DNA of 64,000 bases from Macrostomum lignano (taxonomy: Eukaryota), in the NCBI GenBank assembly GCA_002269645.1, contig NIVC01003709.1, forward strand, positions 1 to 64,000, written 5' to 3'. Each line of letters opens with the position of its first letter. Within the stretch, counting starts at the first letter, position 1. The notes beneath the pieces were generated by a model. The model had not been told where the DNA came from. It ran no database searches and saw only the letters and a program-made list of their open reading frames with translations. The translations under genes were made by a program, and so were the position numbers. Below, piece by piece: positions 1-13,400 of the stretch.

Positions 1-162
1 ATAGTTGAAAAATTGAGCAAGAAGAGTGAGTAGTGAGCATTTAAAATACAATAGAGTTGGATAAATTATTGTGCAGTTCAAAGAAAACAAAGAAAATAAA
101 AACATAAAAGCATATGTGAAATGAAGTGCTAAAGAAATCATGTGTGTCATAGCCAGTCTTGG

Positions 163-810
163 GGTAAGGAAATGGAGTGGGGTGGGTGTCTCAGCGAGGC
201 TTGGGCGGAGTGAGGTGTTTGTTAAAGCGAGTCGAGGGGTAAGGAAATGGAGTGGGGTGGGTGTCTCAGCGAGGCTTGGGCGGAGTGAGGTGTTTGTTAA
301 AGCGAGTCGAGGGGTAAGGAAATGGAGTGGGGTGGGTGTCTCAGCGAGGCTTGGGCGGAGTGAGGTGTTTGTTAAAGCGAGTCGAGGGGTAAGGAAATGG
401 AGTGGGGTGGGTGTCTCAGCGAGGCTTGGGGGGAGTGAGGTGTTTGTTAAAGCGAGTCGAGGGGTAAGGAAATGGAGTGGGGTGGGTGTCTCAGCGAGGC
501 TTGGGGGGAGTGAGGTGTTTGTTAAAGCGAGTCGAGGGGTAAGGAAATGGAGTGGGGTGGGTGTCTCAGCGAGGCTTGGGGGGAGTGAGGTGTTTGTTAA
601 AGCGAGTCGAGGGGTAAGGAAATGGAGTGGGGTGGGTGTCTCAGCGAGGCTTGGGGGGAGTGAGGTGTTTGTTAAAGCGAGTCGAGGGGTAAGGAAATGG
701 AGTGGGGTGGGTGTCTCAGCGAGGCTTGGGGGGAGTGAGGTGTTTGTTAAAGCGAGTCGAGGGGTCAGGAAATGGAGTGGGGTGGGTGTCATAGCGAGCC
801 TTGGAAGTGA
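163..810. repeat. 75-bp tandem repeat, ~8.5 copies
   Basis: AAGGAAATGGAGTGG recurs at 241, 316, ... 541. It generates the 140..931 ORF. Confidence 0.97.
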
Positions 811-1757
811 GGAAGTTACCTTACATAAAGGTGGGTTGGTGTTTCAGCGAGACTTGAGTAGGGAAATGGTGTTGGATCAGGCTAGTTCACCACTAGTTAG
901 CAGTGTGCGTGTTCGATTAATCAATCACTAAATCATTTTTTCTGTAGTTTTCTTTGAGCTTTCTTGATTTTCTTTACGAGCTAACCAGTGCCTGTTTGCA
1001 TGTATACTGTTACTGTGTTTTTTCTATGCTTGCACCAACTAGTGGAAAAAATGTGGAAATAGTTTCATTACAAGCTAGCATAAGAGGCAACGATTGGCAT
1101 GCAGGGGGACAAAAGGCGGCGACAAGGATAAATATTTGATAAAATGGAAACCGATGTCGAGCTTGAAGCCAATAAGCTATAATTCCAGACGTACTCCGAG
1201 TAGAAAACAGTAAAGCAACCGAAAAGAAAGTGCAACAATTATTAAGCATGCAGTTCTTTGCTGCGATTTAGAAAGGAGTCTAAAAAGCAATTCGCGCCCC
1301 AAACCCGTTTGGCGAGGCTGTCCCGGATCGAGTTCGGTTCGGCGTATTTGAAGCCTCGTTTTTTTGGCTTGCGCTGGAAAATCGTTATGCCATTGAGTGA
1401 ATTGTGAACTCGTCCCCTAGCTTGAATCAAATTAATATTGAACTGCTTGCGAGATCAATGTTATGCTTCTGCTCTAATACGAGTTACGGGCGTAGTCACG
1501 TTTTCTTCATTGGATCGCTTCTGTGAGGTGCATCTTTAGGGCGCAATCATTGGGGAGGGGGTGTCATCGATGAGGCTAGCACCAGAGCCAGAGGCGCCAG
1601 CAGCACCAGTGGCGCCAGCAGCACTAGGCGCGCCAGCAGCACCAGTAGCGCCAGCAGCACCAGGGGCGCCAGCACCTCCAGTGGCGCCAGCAGCACTAGG
1701 CGCGCCAGCAGCACCAGGGGCGCCACAGCTACTGTAAAGGGGGCGCCCCAGATTTTG

Positions 1758-4492
1758 TCAGCCTATTAAAAGAGGGGGTGCCGTCCCCTGCCCCTCTCTA
1801 GCTACGCCGGCCCCTGCTATGAGCGAGAATGCAAGAAAATGATGTTGCATCATCCGAACCTCCATAATGCCGGCCCTGCTACTCGGCTGGATGGAAGACT
1901 CGGGCGCCAGGCAGACAGGCGTCCAGTCCGGACCAGGTGGATAACGGAACGGCCGCTGTCCAAGATTCACGTCCAACGTCTGGTCTCGCATGGCAACAGT
2001 TGGAAAGAAGGACTCGCGCTCGAGCATGTCCTGCTGCAGACTGTAGGCCGGTCCGAACGGCTGGCCGTTCTTAGCGAACTGCAGTTCGCCATTGTTGAAA
2101 TCGAAAAAGCAGCCAATGACGTCGCCTTTGGCGTAGGGCTCGCCGTAGGCTTCGATCTCGTCGTCGAATAGCTTCTTGCCCTGGTTGCCGGCCAGGCCGA
2201 AGCCTTCGTGGTCGGCGCCGTAGCCCCAGCCGTTGGCGTCGCGCCCGACGTCCAGCAAGCCGGACTCGGTGGTCCAGCCGACACGGCCGAGGCCGCCGGA
2301 CTCCAGGGGCTCCGCCTCCCAGTAGAACCGGCCGCCCTCGCTGCCTTTCAGGCCCTGGAAGTGTTGGTGTTGCAGCGACTTTCTTAGTCATCTATTCAAC
2401 TCGTTTACTGTTCTCTCTTAGTCTAGTTCAATCTGGTTCTCTCTCTCTCTTGCGCAGCTTTCTGATTGGCTCTTTAATTTTATCCCCTTTCTCAGTCCCG
2501 CACTCCACCCCCTCCTTTCTTATCTACGCCGAACCCGTAATTGATTTTAAACAAATAAACTTGTTTTGGGCCAAGTGCCTTAGGCACTGCCTGGGTTTTT
2601 AATCTTAGGCAGCCGCTACTTCCAATGGATTCTTCCACAGGCAGCCGCTACTTCCAATGGATTCTTCCACAGGCAGCCGCTACTTCCAATGGATTCTTCC
2701 ACAGGCAGCCGCTACTTCCAATGGATTCTTCCACAGGCAGCCGCTACTTCCAATGGATTCTTCCACAGGCAACCGCTACTTCCAATGGATTCTTCCACAG
2801 GCAGCCGCTCCTTCCAATGGATTCTTCCACAGGCAGCCGCTCCTTCCAATGGATTCTTCCACAGGCAGCCGCTACTTCCAATGGATTCTTCCACAGGCAG
2901 CCGCTACTTCCAATGGATTCTTCCACAGGCAGCCGCTACTTCCAATGGATTCTTCCACAGGCAACCGCTACTTCCAGTGGATTCTTCCACAAACAGCCGC
3001 TACTTCCAGTGGATTATTCCACAGGCAACCGCTACTTCCAATGGATTCTTCCACAGACAGCCGCTACTCCAAAGGATACAGAAGCGCACACATTATCACA
3101 GGAAGCTGTACTCACCTTGTTGGCCCGAACGCCCTGCCAACCAAAGCCCAGCTGGCCCTGCGCGGACAGCTGGTCGGGTCCCAGTTGCAGGCCCGGCCCG
3201 CTGGTGTCGTGCGGGTTCAACCGCCAGCTGCGTGGATTGTCCAAAGTTTGGTTGGCGAGCGCCAGGCCCACCGGACGCCAGGCTCCGCCGGGTGGATAGG
3301 CGAGCGGTCTGGACGGATCGTCGCCAAAGTTCCAGTCAGCTGCGGCGCCGTCGCGAAGGCAGGCGGCCGGATAAACAGCCTGCGGGCCGCCGGAGGGACC
3401 GTCGCCACCACGGGACTTCCTGTTACCGCCAGCAGTGCCTGTCGGAGTAAAGAAGTCGGCTGGCAGCTGGTGCGCGGGCCCTAGCTCTTTGCCGTTGACC
3501 GCGTAGGTGACGGTGCCGTTGTCGAGGTCCAGGTAGGCGCCGACTATGTCACCAGTCATCAGCTGGACACCGTATTGCTCGGAGACTCCATCTAGCATCT
3601 TCTGGGCGTGTCGGCCGGCCGGGTCGGTGCCAAAACCGCAGCCGTGGTTGTCCTGGGGGCGGGGAAGGAACGCACTGGCTGATTTTCTATTATCAACTCT
3701 GCTCTACACCTCTCCACTCTGCTCTACACCTCTCCACTCTGCTCTACACCTCTCCACTCTGCTCTACACCTCTCCACTCTGCTCTACACCTCTCCACTCT
3801 GCTCTACACCTCTCCACTCTGCTCTACACCTCTCCACTCTGCTCTACACCTCTCCACTCCTATCTACACCTCTCCGCTCCTATCTACACCTCTCCGCTCC
3901 TATCTACACCTCTCCGCTCCTATCTACACCTCTCCGCTCCTATCTACACCTCTCCGCTCCTATCTACACCTCTCCGCTCCTATCTACGAGTACATCCCTC
4001 CACACCCTTGTAGTCCCCTAATTGGTTCCTCTCATCCCATCCTGGCTGCTCGTCTCACCCGTCCGAGGTTGAGATCGGCGTTGCCGTCCGCCCAGCCGAC
4101 CCGCGCCTCCACCGGCTGGTCGGAGGGCCCGTCTCCCCGCACAGCGGTCTCGTAGTACCACTTGCCGCCAGCCGAGGCCCGGATGCCGCGGTCCGCCCGG
4201 CAGCCCTGCCAGTCGCGAACCCCGGCCGGGCAGGCGCCGGCGCAGCGCACGGGGTCCATGCCAGCGGCCAGGTAGGGGTCGGCGTCTGATGGATTCATCT
4301 GCCAGCGAATCGGCCTGTCAACGTCCAGCTCGGGCCGGCGGTCGTACTGCTCTCGTCGGTTCACCGGCGGCAGCAGCGGCGCGCCCATGCTGGCGCCCTG
4401 TCGGTTGGACATCGCGTAGGTGTCGTCGTTGGTCAAGCCCGAGGTGCCAGCGCCGCCGGCGCCCGTTCGAGCCTCACGGTTGTAGGCGTCGT
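1758..4492 (-). CDS. Two tandem SPRY (B30.2) domains of DDX1 type (three exons)
   Basis: SPRY1: WQMNPSD..WQGCRADRG..GKWYYE..RVGW..LNLG|DNHGCGFG..GDIVGAYLDLDNGTVTYAVNG..YPAACL..NFG..YPP. SPRY2: WRLNPHD..WQGVRANK|G..GRFYWE..RVGW..GDVIGCFFDFNNGELQFAKNG..FPTVAM..NLG..FRYPP. Both recall the DDX1 SPRY (WQMNPYD..WHGCRATKG..GKHYYE). No helicase motifs were seen. Confidence 0.9.
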
Positions 4493-7400
4493 CTGCGCGA
4501 ATGATGATTTGAAAATGTTTTGATTTTGTTTTAACAATTTTAATAGAAACTGTTTGAGACAGTTAGACTAAAGTTCATTAATTAGTCCCTGGATATCCGA
4601 ACGCCGAACTCATTGACCTTATTATTATTTTTATTAGAGGCAGGGGGGTTGTGTGCACCCTGGCGCAATTTAAGCGTCATTGGCACACAACCGGCGAGAG
4701 GCATTACTGCCCATTCCGCCGACTCCCCTGAGCAGGCATACAAGCGCGCGGATACGTACGCAGGCACACACTCACACAGGAGTGTACAGCGGCCCTAACT
4801 TTATCAATTGTTAGGCATGTACACTTCACTGCGCCTTAAGGGGTTGGCTCTCAAGGCCGTTAATTGCACAAGCGAGCCAAGCAAGATTCCAATCCAGCCC
4901 CAAATTAATGTGGCTGCACTTGGAATCGAGCCTGGGTCGCGGCACACCAGAGCAGCTGCGCTACCGCTGGGCTACGGCCCTTTGACCTTTCTTTCTTAAA
5001 GATTTCGCACCGAGTTGACCTCGGCTGACCTTTTCGTTTTTCCTTTGGTCCATTCCGCACTACGTGACCTTAGTTAAACCCTTTGCGTCCCGCACTTGTG
5101 TGACCTCAATCGACCCCTGTTCTCCTCAGTCCCGCATTTGTGTGACCTCAATCGACCCCTGTTCTCCTCAGTCCCGCATTTTTGTGACCTCAATCGACCC
5201 CTGTTCTCCTCAGTCCCGCACTGTGTGACCTCAATCGACCCCTGTTCTCCTCAGTCCCGCACTGTGTGACCTCAATCGACCCCTGTTCTCCTCAGTCCCG
5301 CACTGTGTGACCTCAATCGACCCCTGTTCTCCTCAGTCCCGCACTGTGTGACCTCAATCGACCCCTGTTCTCCTCAGTCCCGCACTGTGTGACCTCAATC
5401 GACCCCTCCCTTACTAAACTGCTTGATATATTGCAGAGAATCACAGGCTGAAAGTGCATCAATCGGATTTGTAATAGCGTAGTTGCCTAAGCTGAAAATT
5501 ATAAGCACGGTAGTCAGGCGTTTCTTACAAAGAATTCATCGCAAAAATAGCAGGCTGTGGAATACTCGTATGCTTCTATCGCAATAAATTTTCAATGGGC
5601 ATTAATAAATTATTCGTCTACTGAAGCAAGCAGATCTTAATATTATAGAAGTTAAATGCATGCCACATCAAATATTTAAATGACAATTAAAGTGACCAGT
5701 TTGTACTTCTATTTCTCCTTTATTGTAAAGAATCATAGACCTTTGAACAGAGCATCTGGACTATACAGTCCAGACGTTCGCACTACTGGCTTGAATTGTA
5801 TTGCCCAAATTGATATTATGCCACACCGCCAATGCGAGTGTGTTAGACAGAAAAAAGCATTAAATTACCAGAGTTAGGCATTGGTTAGCAATATCCAAAT
5901 ATATTACAAATTTTTCTACAAATCTACAAATTTTTTAAATTAAAAACTATCAACAGACCGTCGAATCCTTCGTCTACTTTAGCTTTTGTAGGGCCGCCTG
6001 CAGTGAAATTAAAAGTGCATTGCAATAATAATAGTACAATTGTGTGGATGTGCCAGCGATTCACTGGGCCTGCTGATGAAAGTTAATTAATAAATAGTGC
6101 TTTTAAAGTACGTAAAGAACTTTTTAAATCGATGCTTTTAACGTTACACATGCTATTTAGAAATTACTTGTTAGTTACTAGAATTAGACTATATGCATAG
6201 TGCTGATGGCTGACACCCTGGCTCTCTGACACCCTGGCTCTGACACCCTGGCTCTCTGACACCCTGGCTCTGACACCCTGGCTCTCTGACACCCTGGCTC
6301 TCTGACACCCTGGCTCTTTGACACCCTGGCTCCCTGACACCCTGGCTCTCTGACACCCTGGCTCTTTGACACCCTGGCTCCCTGACACCCTGGCTCTCTG
6401 ACACCCTGGCTCTCTGACACCCTGGCTCTGACACCCTGGCTCTCTGACACCCTGGCTCTCTGACACCCTGGCTCTTTGACACCCTGGCTCCCTGACACCC
6501 TGGCTCTCTGACACCCTGGCTCTGACACCCTGGCTCTCTGACACCCTGGCTCTGACACCCTGGCTCTCTGACACCCTGGCTCTGACACCCTGGCTCTCTG
6601 ACACCCTGGCTCTCTGACACCCTGGCTCTTTGACACCCTGGCTCCCTGACACCCTGGCTCTCTGACACCCTGGCTCTGACACCCTGGCTCTCTGACACCC
6701 TGGCTCTCTGACACCCTGGCTCTTTGACACCCTGGCTCCCTGACACCCTGGCTCTCTGACACCCTGGCTCTGACACCCTGGCTCTCTGACACCGTGGTTC
6801 TCTGACACCCTGGCTCTGACACCCTGGCTCTCTGACACCCTGGCTCCCTGACACCCTGGCTCTCTGACACCCTGGCTCTGACACCCTAGCTCTCTGACAC
6901 CCTGGCTCTGACACCCTGGCTCTGACACCCTGGTTCTCTGACACCCTGGCTCTCTGACACCCTGGCTCTCTGACACCCTGGCTCTGACACCCTGGCTCTC
7001 TGACACCCTGGCTCTCTGACACCCTGGCTCTTTGACACCCTGGCTCCCTGACACCCTGGCTCTGACACCCTAGCTCTCTGACACCCTGGCTCTGACACCC
7101 TGGCTCTGACACCCTGGCTCTCTGACACCCTGGCTCTCTGACACCCTGGCTCTCTGACACCCTGGCTCTGACACCCTAGCTCTCTGACACCCTGGCTCTG
7201 ACACCCTGGCTCTGACACCCTGGCTCTGACACCCTGGCTCTCTGACACCCTGGCTCTCTGACACCCTGGCTCTCTGACACCCTGGCTCCCTGACACCCTG
7301 GCTCTGACACCCTGGCTCTCTGACACCCTGGCTCTCTGACACCCTGGCTCTTTGACACCCTGGCTCTCTGACACCCTGGCTCTGACACCCTGGCTCTGAC

Positions 7401-10400
7401 ACCCTGGCTCTCTGACACCCTGGCTCCCTGACACCCTGGCTCTGACACCCTGGCTCTCTGACACCCTGGCTCCCTGACACCCTGGCTCCCTGGCACCCTG
7501 GCTCTCTGACACTCTAGCTCTCTGACACCCCGGCTCTGATGCTCTGCCAATCCAACTCTAAAAGTAGCTGCCTTGTCAGAAAGATTACCATGTATTTGCT
7601 TGATGGTCAGCGTAGGAGCTAAAAATGCGACAGATATGAACATCGGCAAAAGCAGCAATGCGTACCCTTCTTCTTGAAGCTCTTGCGCATGCCAGGGGTA
7701 ACTTGCACCTCCTGGTAGGCGCCCGACTGGTCGTTCTGCGAGTCCCGGATGCCGGTGCCCCACTTGCCCTTGAAGGTGCCGGGAATGTGCGGCTTCTGCG
7801 GTTTCTCGGCGGACTTCAATCTGAGGATCATTCAATTTTGCTAACATTATTTGCTACTTGCTTACTATAAGTAGGTTAAATGCGTTTGCAACTCGAAAAC
7901 AAAAATACCATTAGAAGATTAAATCAATAATTGAATTGTTTCTAAAAAAAGAGTTATATAAATAGACTAGTAGGAACTTTTGTTCATGAGCACAATAAGC
8001 TAACCTGAAGAATCCGTGATGCTCAACCACAGCCCGCCAGAGTCGCTTAGCCAGCTTCGATGAGGCGCACTTGAACTCAAACAGAGTCTCCGACTTGGGG
8101 TCGCGCTCGTTATCCCCGGTGCGAATCGACACCTTGAGCGTGCTGCCCTTGTAGGACACTTTGAGAATCTTCGGCCAGGAGAAGCGGTTAATCCGGAGGT
8201 TGTTGCGGTACACCAGAACGCCGCCGTGGTAAACTCCAAGGAGGACCTCCTCGCCAGAGGCGTCCTTAGACTCGTGCAAATCGACGCCGTACATGGCGAG
8301 CTTCTTGGCGTTCCGCAGGAAGTGCAGGTCGGCCTCCTCCGGAGTCATGCGCTGGTGCGTGCGGTGCAGCTCGCTGACTCGCTCGGCCAGCTCGGCGTTG
8401 TTTCGGTACTCCTCCGGACAGAACGGGCAGTCCTGGGCGGCGAAGTTTAAACTAGGAAAATCAATTGCCAACTCTTTCCATCTTGAGAGGGATAATACCG
8501 GATAAATGGGGATATTCTAGATCAGGGGTTGGCGAAGCCTCTCTATCCGGCCATTGGGTCCTCGGAAACTTCACGATAGCAATCCGGTCTGCCCAGGGTT
8601 TGTGTCTCTTCTCAGCTGTCTTCTCTCAAATATCTGTCCCGCAGTCATCCGCTATGTTCTCTACCTGACCCCTGTTCTAGATCCTTATTGAGCCTTTGTT
8701 TATTGACATGTCGAGGTACTACATGAGCTGTAGCAATTCGATAAAAAGTCAATCAAGCGAGCCCTGACTTTCTCATCGTCAGCTCTGCGCTTACAGACTT
8801 ACATTCAAGTACATCAGCGAGTTCATCTTCTCGTCCAACGGATCGAAATCGCCAACTTCAGACTGCAGCACGTAGCTGCCCAGGATGATGTAGGTGATGA
8901 AACTGCAAGGCAGCAGCTCGGCCATGAGGTTCTGCCGAATCTGCAGCGCCATGTAGTAGCGGGTGAGATTCTCCCGCAGATTCTCCGGGTCGGGCGGGTA
9001 GAACTTCACCATGAACTCCAGCTTCCACTCGTTCTCTGGCGGAAACAAATTTGAGAAAAAGAGATATCGAATCAACTGGAATGCTTGATGACATAGTGTG
9101 GGTCTTAACTCGTGGGTCCTGCTGCTACCCTCCGTGATACTTCAGTGCCCCTGCTGCTACCCTCCGTGCTACTTCAGTGCCCCTGCTGCTACCCTCCGTG
9201 ATACTTCAGTGCCCCTGCAGCAATACTTTCCGTGATACTTCAGTGCCCCTGCAGCAATACTTTCCGTGATACTTCAGTGCCCCTGCAGCAATACTTTCCG
9301 TGATACTTCAGTGCCCCTGCAGCAATACTTTCCGTGATACTTCAGTGCCCCTGCAGCAATACTTTCCGTGATACTTCAGTGCCCCTGCAGCAATACCCTC
9401 CGTGATACTTCAGTGCCCCTGCAGCAATACCCTCTGAGCTACTTCAGTGCCCCTGCAGCAATACCCTTCGTGATACTTCAGTGCCCCTGCAGCAATACCT
9501 CCCGTGATACTTCAGTGCCCCTGCAGCAATACCTTCCGTGATACTTCAGTGCCCCTGCAGCAATATCCTCCGTGATACTTCAGTGCCCCTGCAGCAATAC
9601 CTTCCGTGATACTTCAGTGCCCCTGCAGCAATACCCTCTGAGCTACTTCAGTGCCCCTGCAGCAATACCCTCCGTGCTACTTCAGTGCCCCTGCAGAAAT
9701 ACCCTCCGTGCTACTTCAGTGCCCCTGCAGCAATACCCTCCGTGCTTCTTCAGTGCCCCTGCAGCAATACCCTCCGTGCTACTTCAGTGCCCCTGCAGCA
9801 ATACCCTCCGTGCTACTTCAGTGCCCCTGCAGCAATACCCTCCGTGCTACTTCAGCCACCTTCAACTACCCCTCCAGTACGCAGTTAGGCTTGAAACAAA
9901 GTTGTCTAGTAAGCAACATGCCTCATTCGAATAAAGCCATCTATAGCATACGAAGGTCGCAGATGAAACATATATAGCGGTGGAAATTGTCGAAAATAGG
10001 CTTATAGAAATTCTAAACTGTTTGGTCAAAGATTTGCTTATAAGATTTGGCCAGGAGAAGAAGTGCCCTTACCGACGCTTTAATTTAAAGCCCTTGCTTG
10101 TGTGTCTTATGTTCCATGCTTCAATTATAGGTTTCCTGACTTTTGTAGCGGTCTGACTAGCTGTTTCAGGCAACTATTAGAGAATGTAAGCAAACCGCAT
10201 GGCCTAGTGATCTCTTTACCAAAATCTTGCAGTAATGCTTAACTGAAATAAAAATTTGGGGCTTGTGATAGCAATTTACCGAAATTTCTTTTCCATGGCT
10301 GAAGCAATGATACCCATATTCAGAAAGTGGAAGCAGACAGCTTAAGGCTGACTGCAGCCAAACCAAAATTATGAGATACAACAAGCAGCCTGAATATGTC

Positions 10401-13400
10401 TGCCAGCAGCCTCCGCCCAAGGCCTTAGTCACCACTTCGCGTACGACTTGTGGAACGCACACAAAGGGCGGTGGGGGGTAGACAGTGACTAAATACCCCC
10501 CCCCCCACACATCAAGCCTCTTCTCTCAGACACGGCTTCAGAATTTTTTTGTGCTGTGTGCCAGGCCGTTGACTAAAGCTGCTCCGACGGCTGCCGGGGC
10601 TCTGCTGGCCGCGGGTTTGTCACTAAACTGCGCAGAAGCTGACTCGAATAGTTTCTTATTTTGCATTTAGCTATTTAGCTCGTAGTAACCGTCACTTATT
10701 AGTTGAACAGTCATAATCAGCAATTAGAATGGCATTGTGGGAAAATAAATCTGCTTAATACAAAGAAAGAATCTGTTAAAAACAGCCGTGAAAAAAAGTG
10801 TGGTGAATGAGACACTAAGTATTGCGAATGAAATAGTTGACATGAGCAATGAACAGTTGGCATGAGCAATGAACAGTTGGCATGAGGAATGAACAGTTGG
10901 CATGAGGAATGAACAGTTGGCATGAGGAATGAACAGTTGGCATGAGGAATGAACAGTTGATAATGATGAATGAACAGTTGGCAATGATGAATGAACAGTT
11001 GGCAATGATGAATGAACAGTTGGCATGAGGAATGAACAGTTGATAATGATGAATGAACAGTTGGCAATGATGAATGAACAGTTGGCATGAGGAATGAACA
11101 GTTGATAATGATGAATGAACAGTTGATAATGATGAATGAACAGTTGATAATGATGAATGAACAGTTGATAATGATGAATGAACAGTTGGCAATGATGAAT
11201 GAACAGTTGATAATGAGGAATGAACAGTTGGCAATGATGAATGAACAGTTGATAATGATGAATGAACAGTTGATAATGATGAATGAACAGTTGATAATGA
11301 TGAATGAACAGTTGATAATGATGAATGAACAGTTGGCAATGATGAATGAACAGTTGATAATGAGGAATGAACAGTTGGCAATGATGAATGAACAGTTGGC
11401 AATGATGAATGAACAGTTGATAATGATGAATGAACAGTTGATAATGATGAATGAACAGTTGATAATGATGAATGAACAGTTGATAATGATGAATGAACAG
11501 TTGATAATGATGAATGAACTGTTGGCAATGATGAATGAACAGTTGATAATGATGAATGAACTGTTGATAATGATGAATGAACAGTTGATAATGATGAATG
11601 AACAGTTGATAATGATGAATGAACAGTTGATAATGATGAATGAACAGTTGATAATGATGAATGAACAGTTGATAATGATGAATGAACAGTTGGCAATGAT
11701 GAATGAACAGTTGATAATGATGAATGAACTGTTGATAATGATGAATGAACAGTTGATAATGATGAATGAACAGTTGATAATGATGAATGAACAGTTGATA
11801 TGATGAATGAACAGTTGATAATGATGAATGAACAGTTGGCAATGATGAATGAACAGTTGATAATGATGAATGAACAGTTGATAATGATGAATGAACAGTT
11901 GATAATGATGAATGAACAGTTGATAATGATGAATGAACAGTTGATAATGATGAATGAACAGTTGGCAATGATGAATGAACAGTTGATAATGATGAATGAA
12001 CTGTTGATAATGATGAATGAACAGTTGATAATGATGAATGAACAGTTGATAATGATGAATGAACAGTTGGCAATGATGAATGAACAGTTGATAATGATGA
12101 ATGAACAGTTGGCAATGATGAATGAACAGTTGATAATGATGAATGAACAGTTGATAATGATGAATGAACAGTTGATAATGATGAATGAACAGTTGATAAT
12201 GATGAATGAACAGTTGATAATGATGAATGAACAGTTGAATGATGAATGAACAGTTGATAATGATGAATGAACAGTTGATAATGATGAATGAACAGTTGAT
12301 AATGATGAATGAACAGTTGGCAATGATGAATGAACAGTTGATAATGATGAATGAACAGTTGATAATGATGAATGAACAGTTGATAATGATGAATGAACAG
12401 TTGATAATGATGAATGAACAGTTGATAATGATGAATGAACAGTTGATAATGATGAATGAACAGTTGATAATGATGAATGAACCGTTGATAATGATGAATG
12501 AACAGTTGATAATGATGAATGAACAGTTCCTGTCCTTCGACCTCAGGACTCCAGAGTCAGCCAACTCTTTGCTATTCATACTCTAGCATTTAGTGTTCAC
12601 AAATATGAAAAAACGACAACAACAATTCGGCTGTTAGCAAAAGAGAAAGCTGCAAATTCTAAAATATATCTATTAATAGTAAACATGGGCGGGCGAAACT
12701 ACTCGGTTCGAACTTGAAGCAGAGTTGTTGCTGCTGCTGCTGCTGCTGCAACTTCATGCTTGTGTGTGCGTGTGTGTAGCATTGCAAAAACACCAATCCA
12801 AAGTCTGCGAGAGAGGCAGAGAAGAGAAAAGAAGGACCCAAGGGTCAGGAGAGCCATAGATGGGGGTTGGGCAGAGTGTGCAATGGAGTGTGCAATCAAG
12901 TGTGGCCAGTCTCTCTTAATCGGACAGGCTAGCTGCTAAAATGCTATTGGCATTGCAGAGTGAGTTTCCAGAGAGTGAGAGGAGAGAGAGAGAGAGAGAG
13001 GCGGACCCTCAGGCTACAAACAGAGAAGAATATACCAGCCCAAGTCAAGCCTTATGTTACAATAGAAATGTGCATTAGTCTGGAGTATTGTAGATTTTTA
13101 TAAAACTATAACTATAGCGATCTATCTATTATAGCGCTAGGCTATTTGTTTAGCAGCTAGACCAAAGATTGATAGAGGGAAAACACCTGAGCAAATGTTA
13201 TATGAATTCTTTGTTTAAGGAAATTTTTTATTAACAGGGGCGAATTTATAACAAACAGAAATCTTATCACTAAAAAAATTGAATTCTTCACACCGATCGA
13301 GCTGTTTTGTTATACTCGACCTACGATGGTAATTTTAACAATCAAAACAACCACAGGATATCAACTGATAAGCACAAGCCCGCTGTCACCTCCAGTCGGA

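Noticed and set aside
140-931. 263-aa ORF with a 25-aa repeat
   Set aside because: Translation of a 75-bp tandem repeat; no coding or splice support.
1758-4492. Calling the SPRY exons DDX1
   Set aside because: No Q-motif, Walker A, DEAD or helicase-C exons are present, and there are two SPRY copies rather than one.
6164-7512. Multiple long SQGVREPGCQRARV ORFs
   Set aside because: All-frame readouts of a 13/15-bp intronic minisatellite.
10400-10650. GC-rich exon-like patches in a FERM intron
   Set aside because: No recognisable domain or phase-consistent role; the missing FERM exon was instead found at 13975-13933.
10717-12586. 620-aa, 502-aa and 463-aa repetitive ORFs
   Set aside because: A 21-bp satellite open in several frames on both strands, lying inside a FERM intron.
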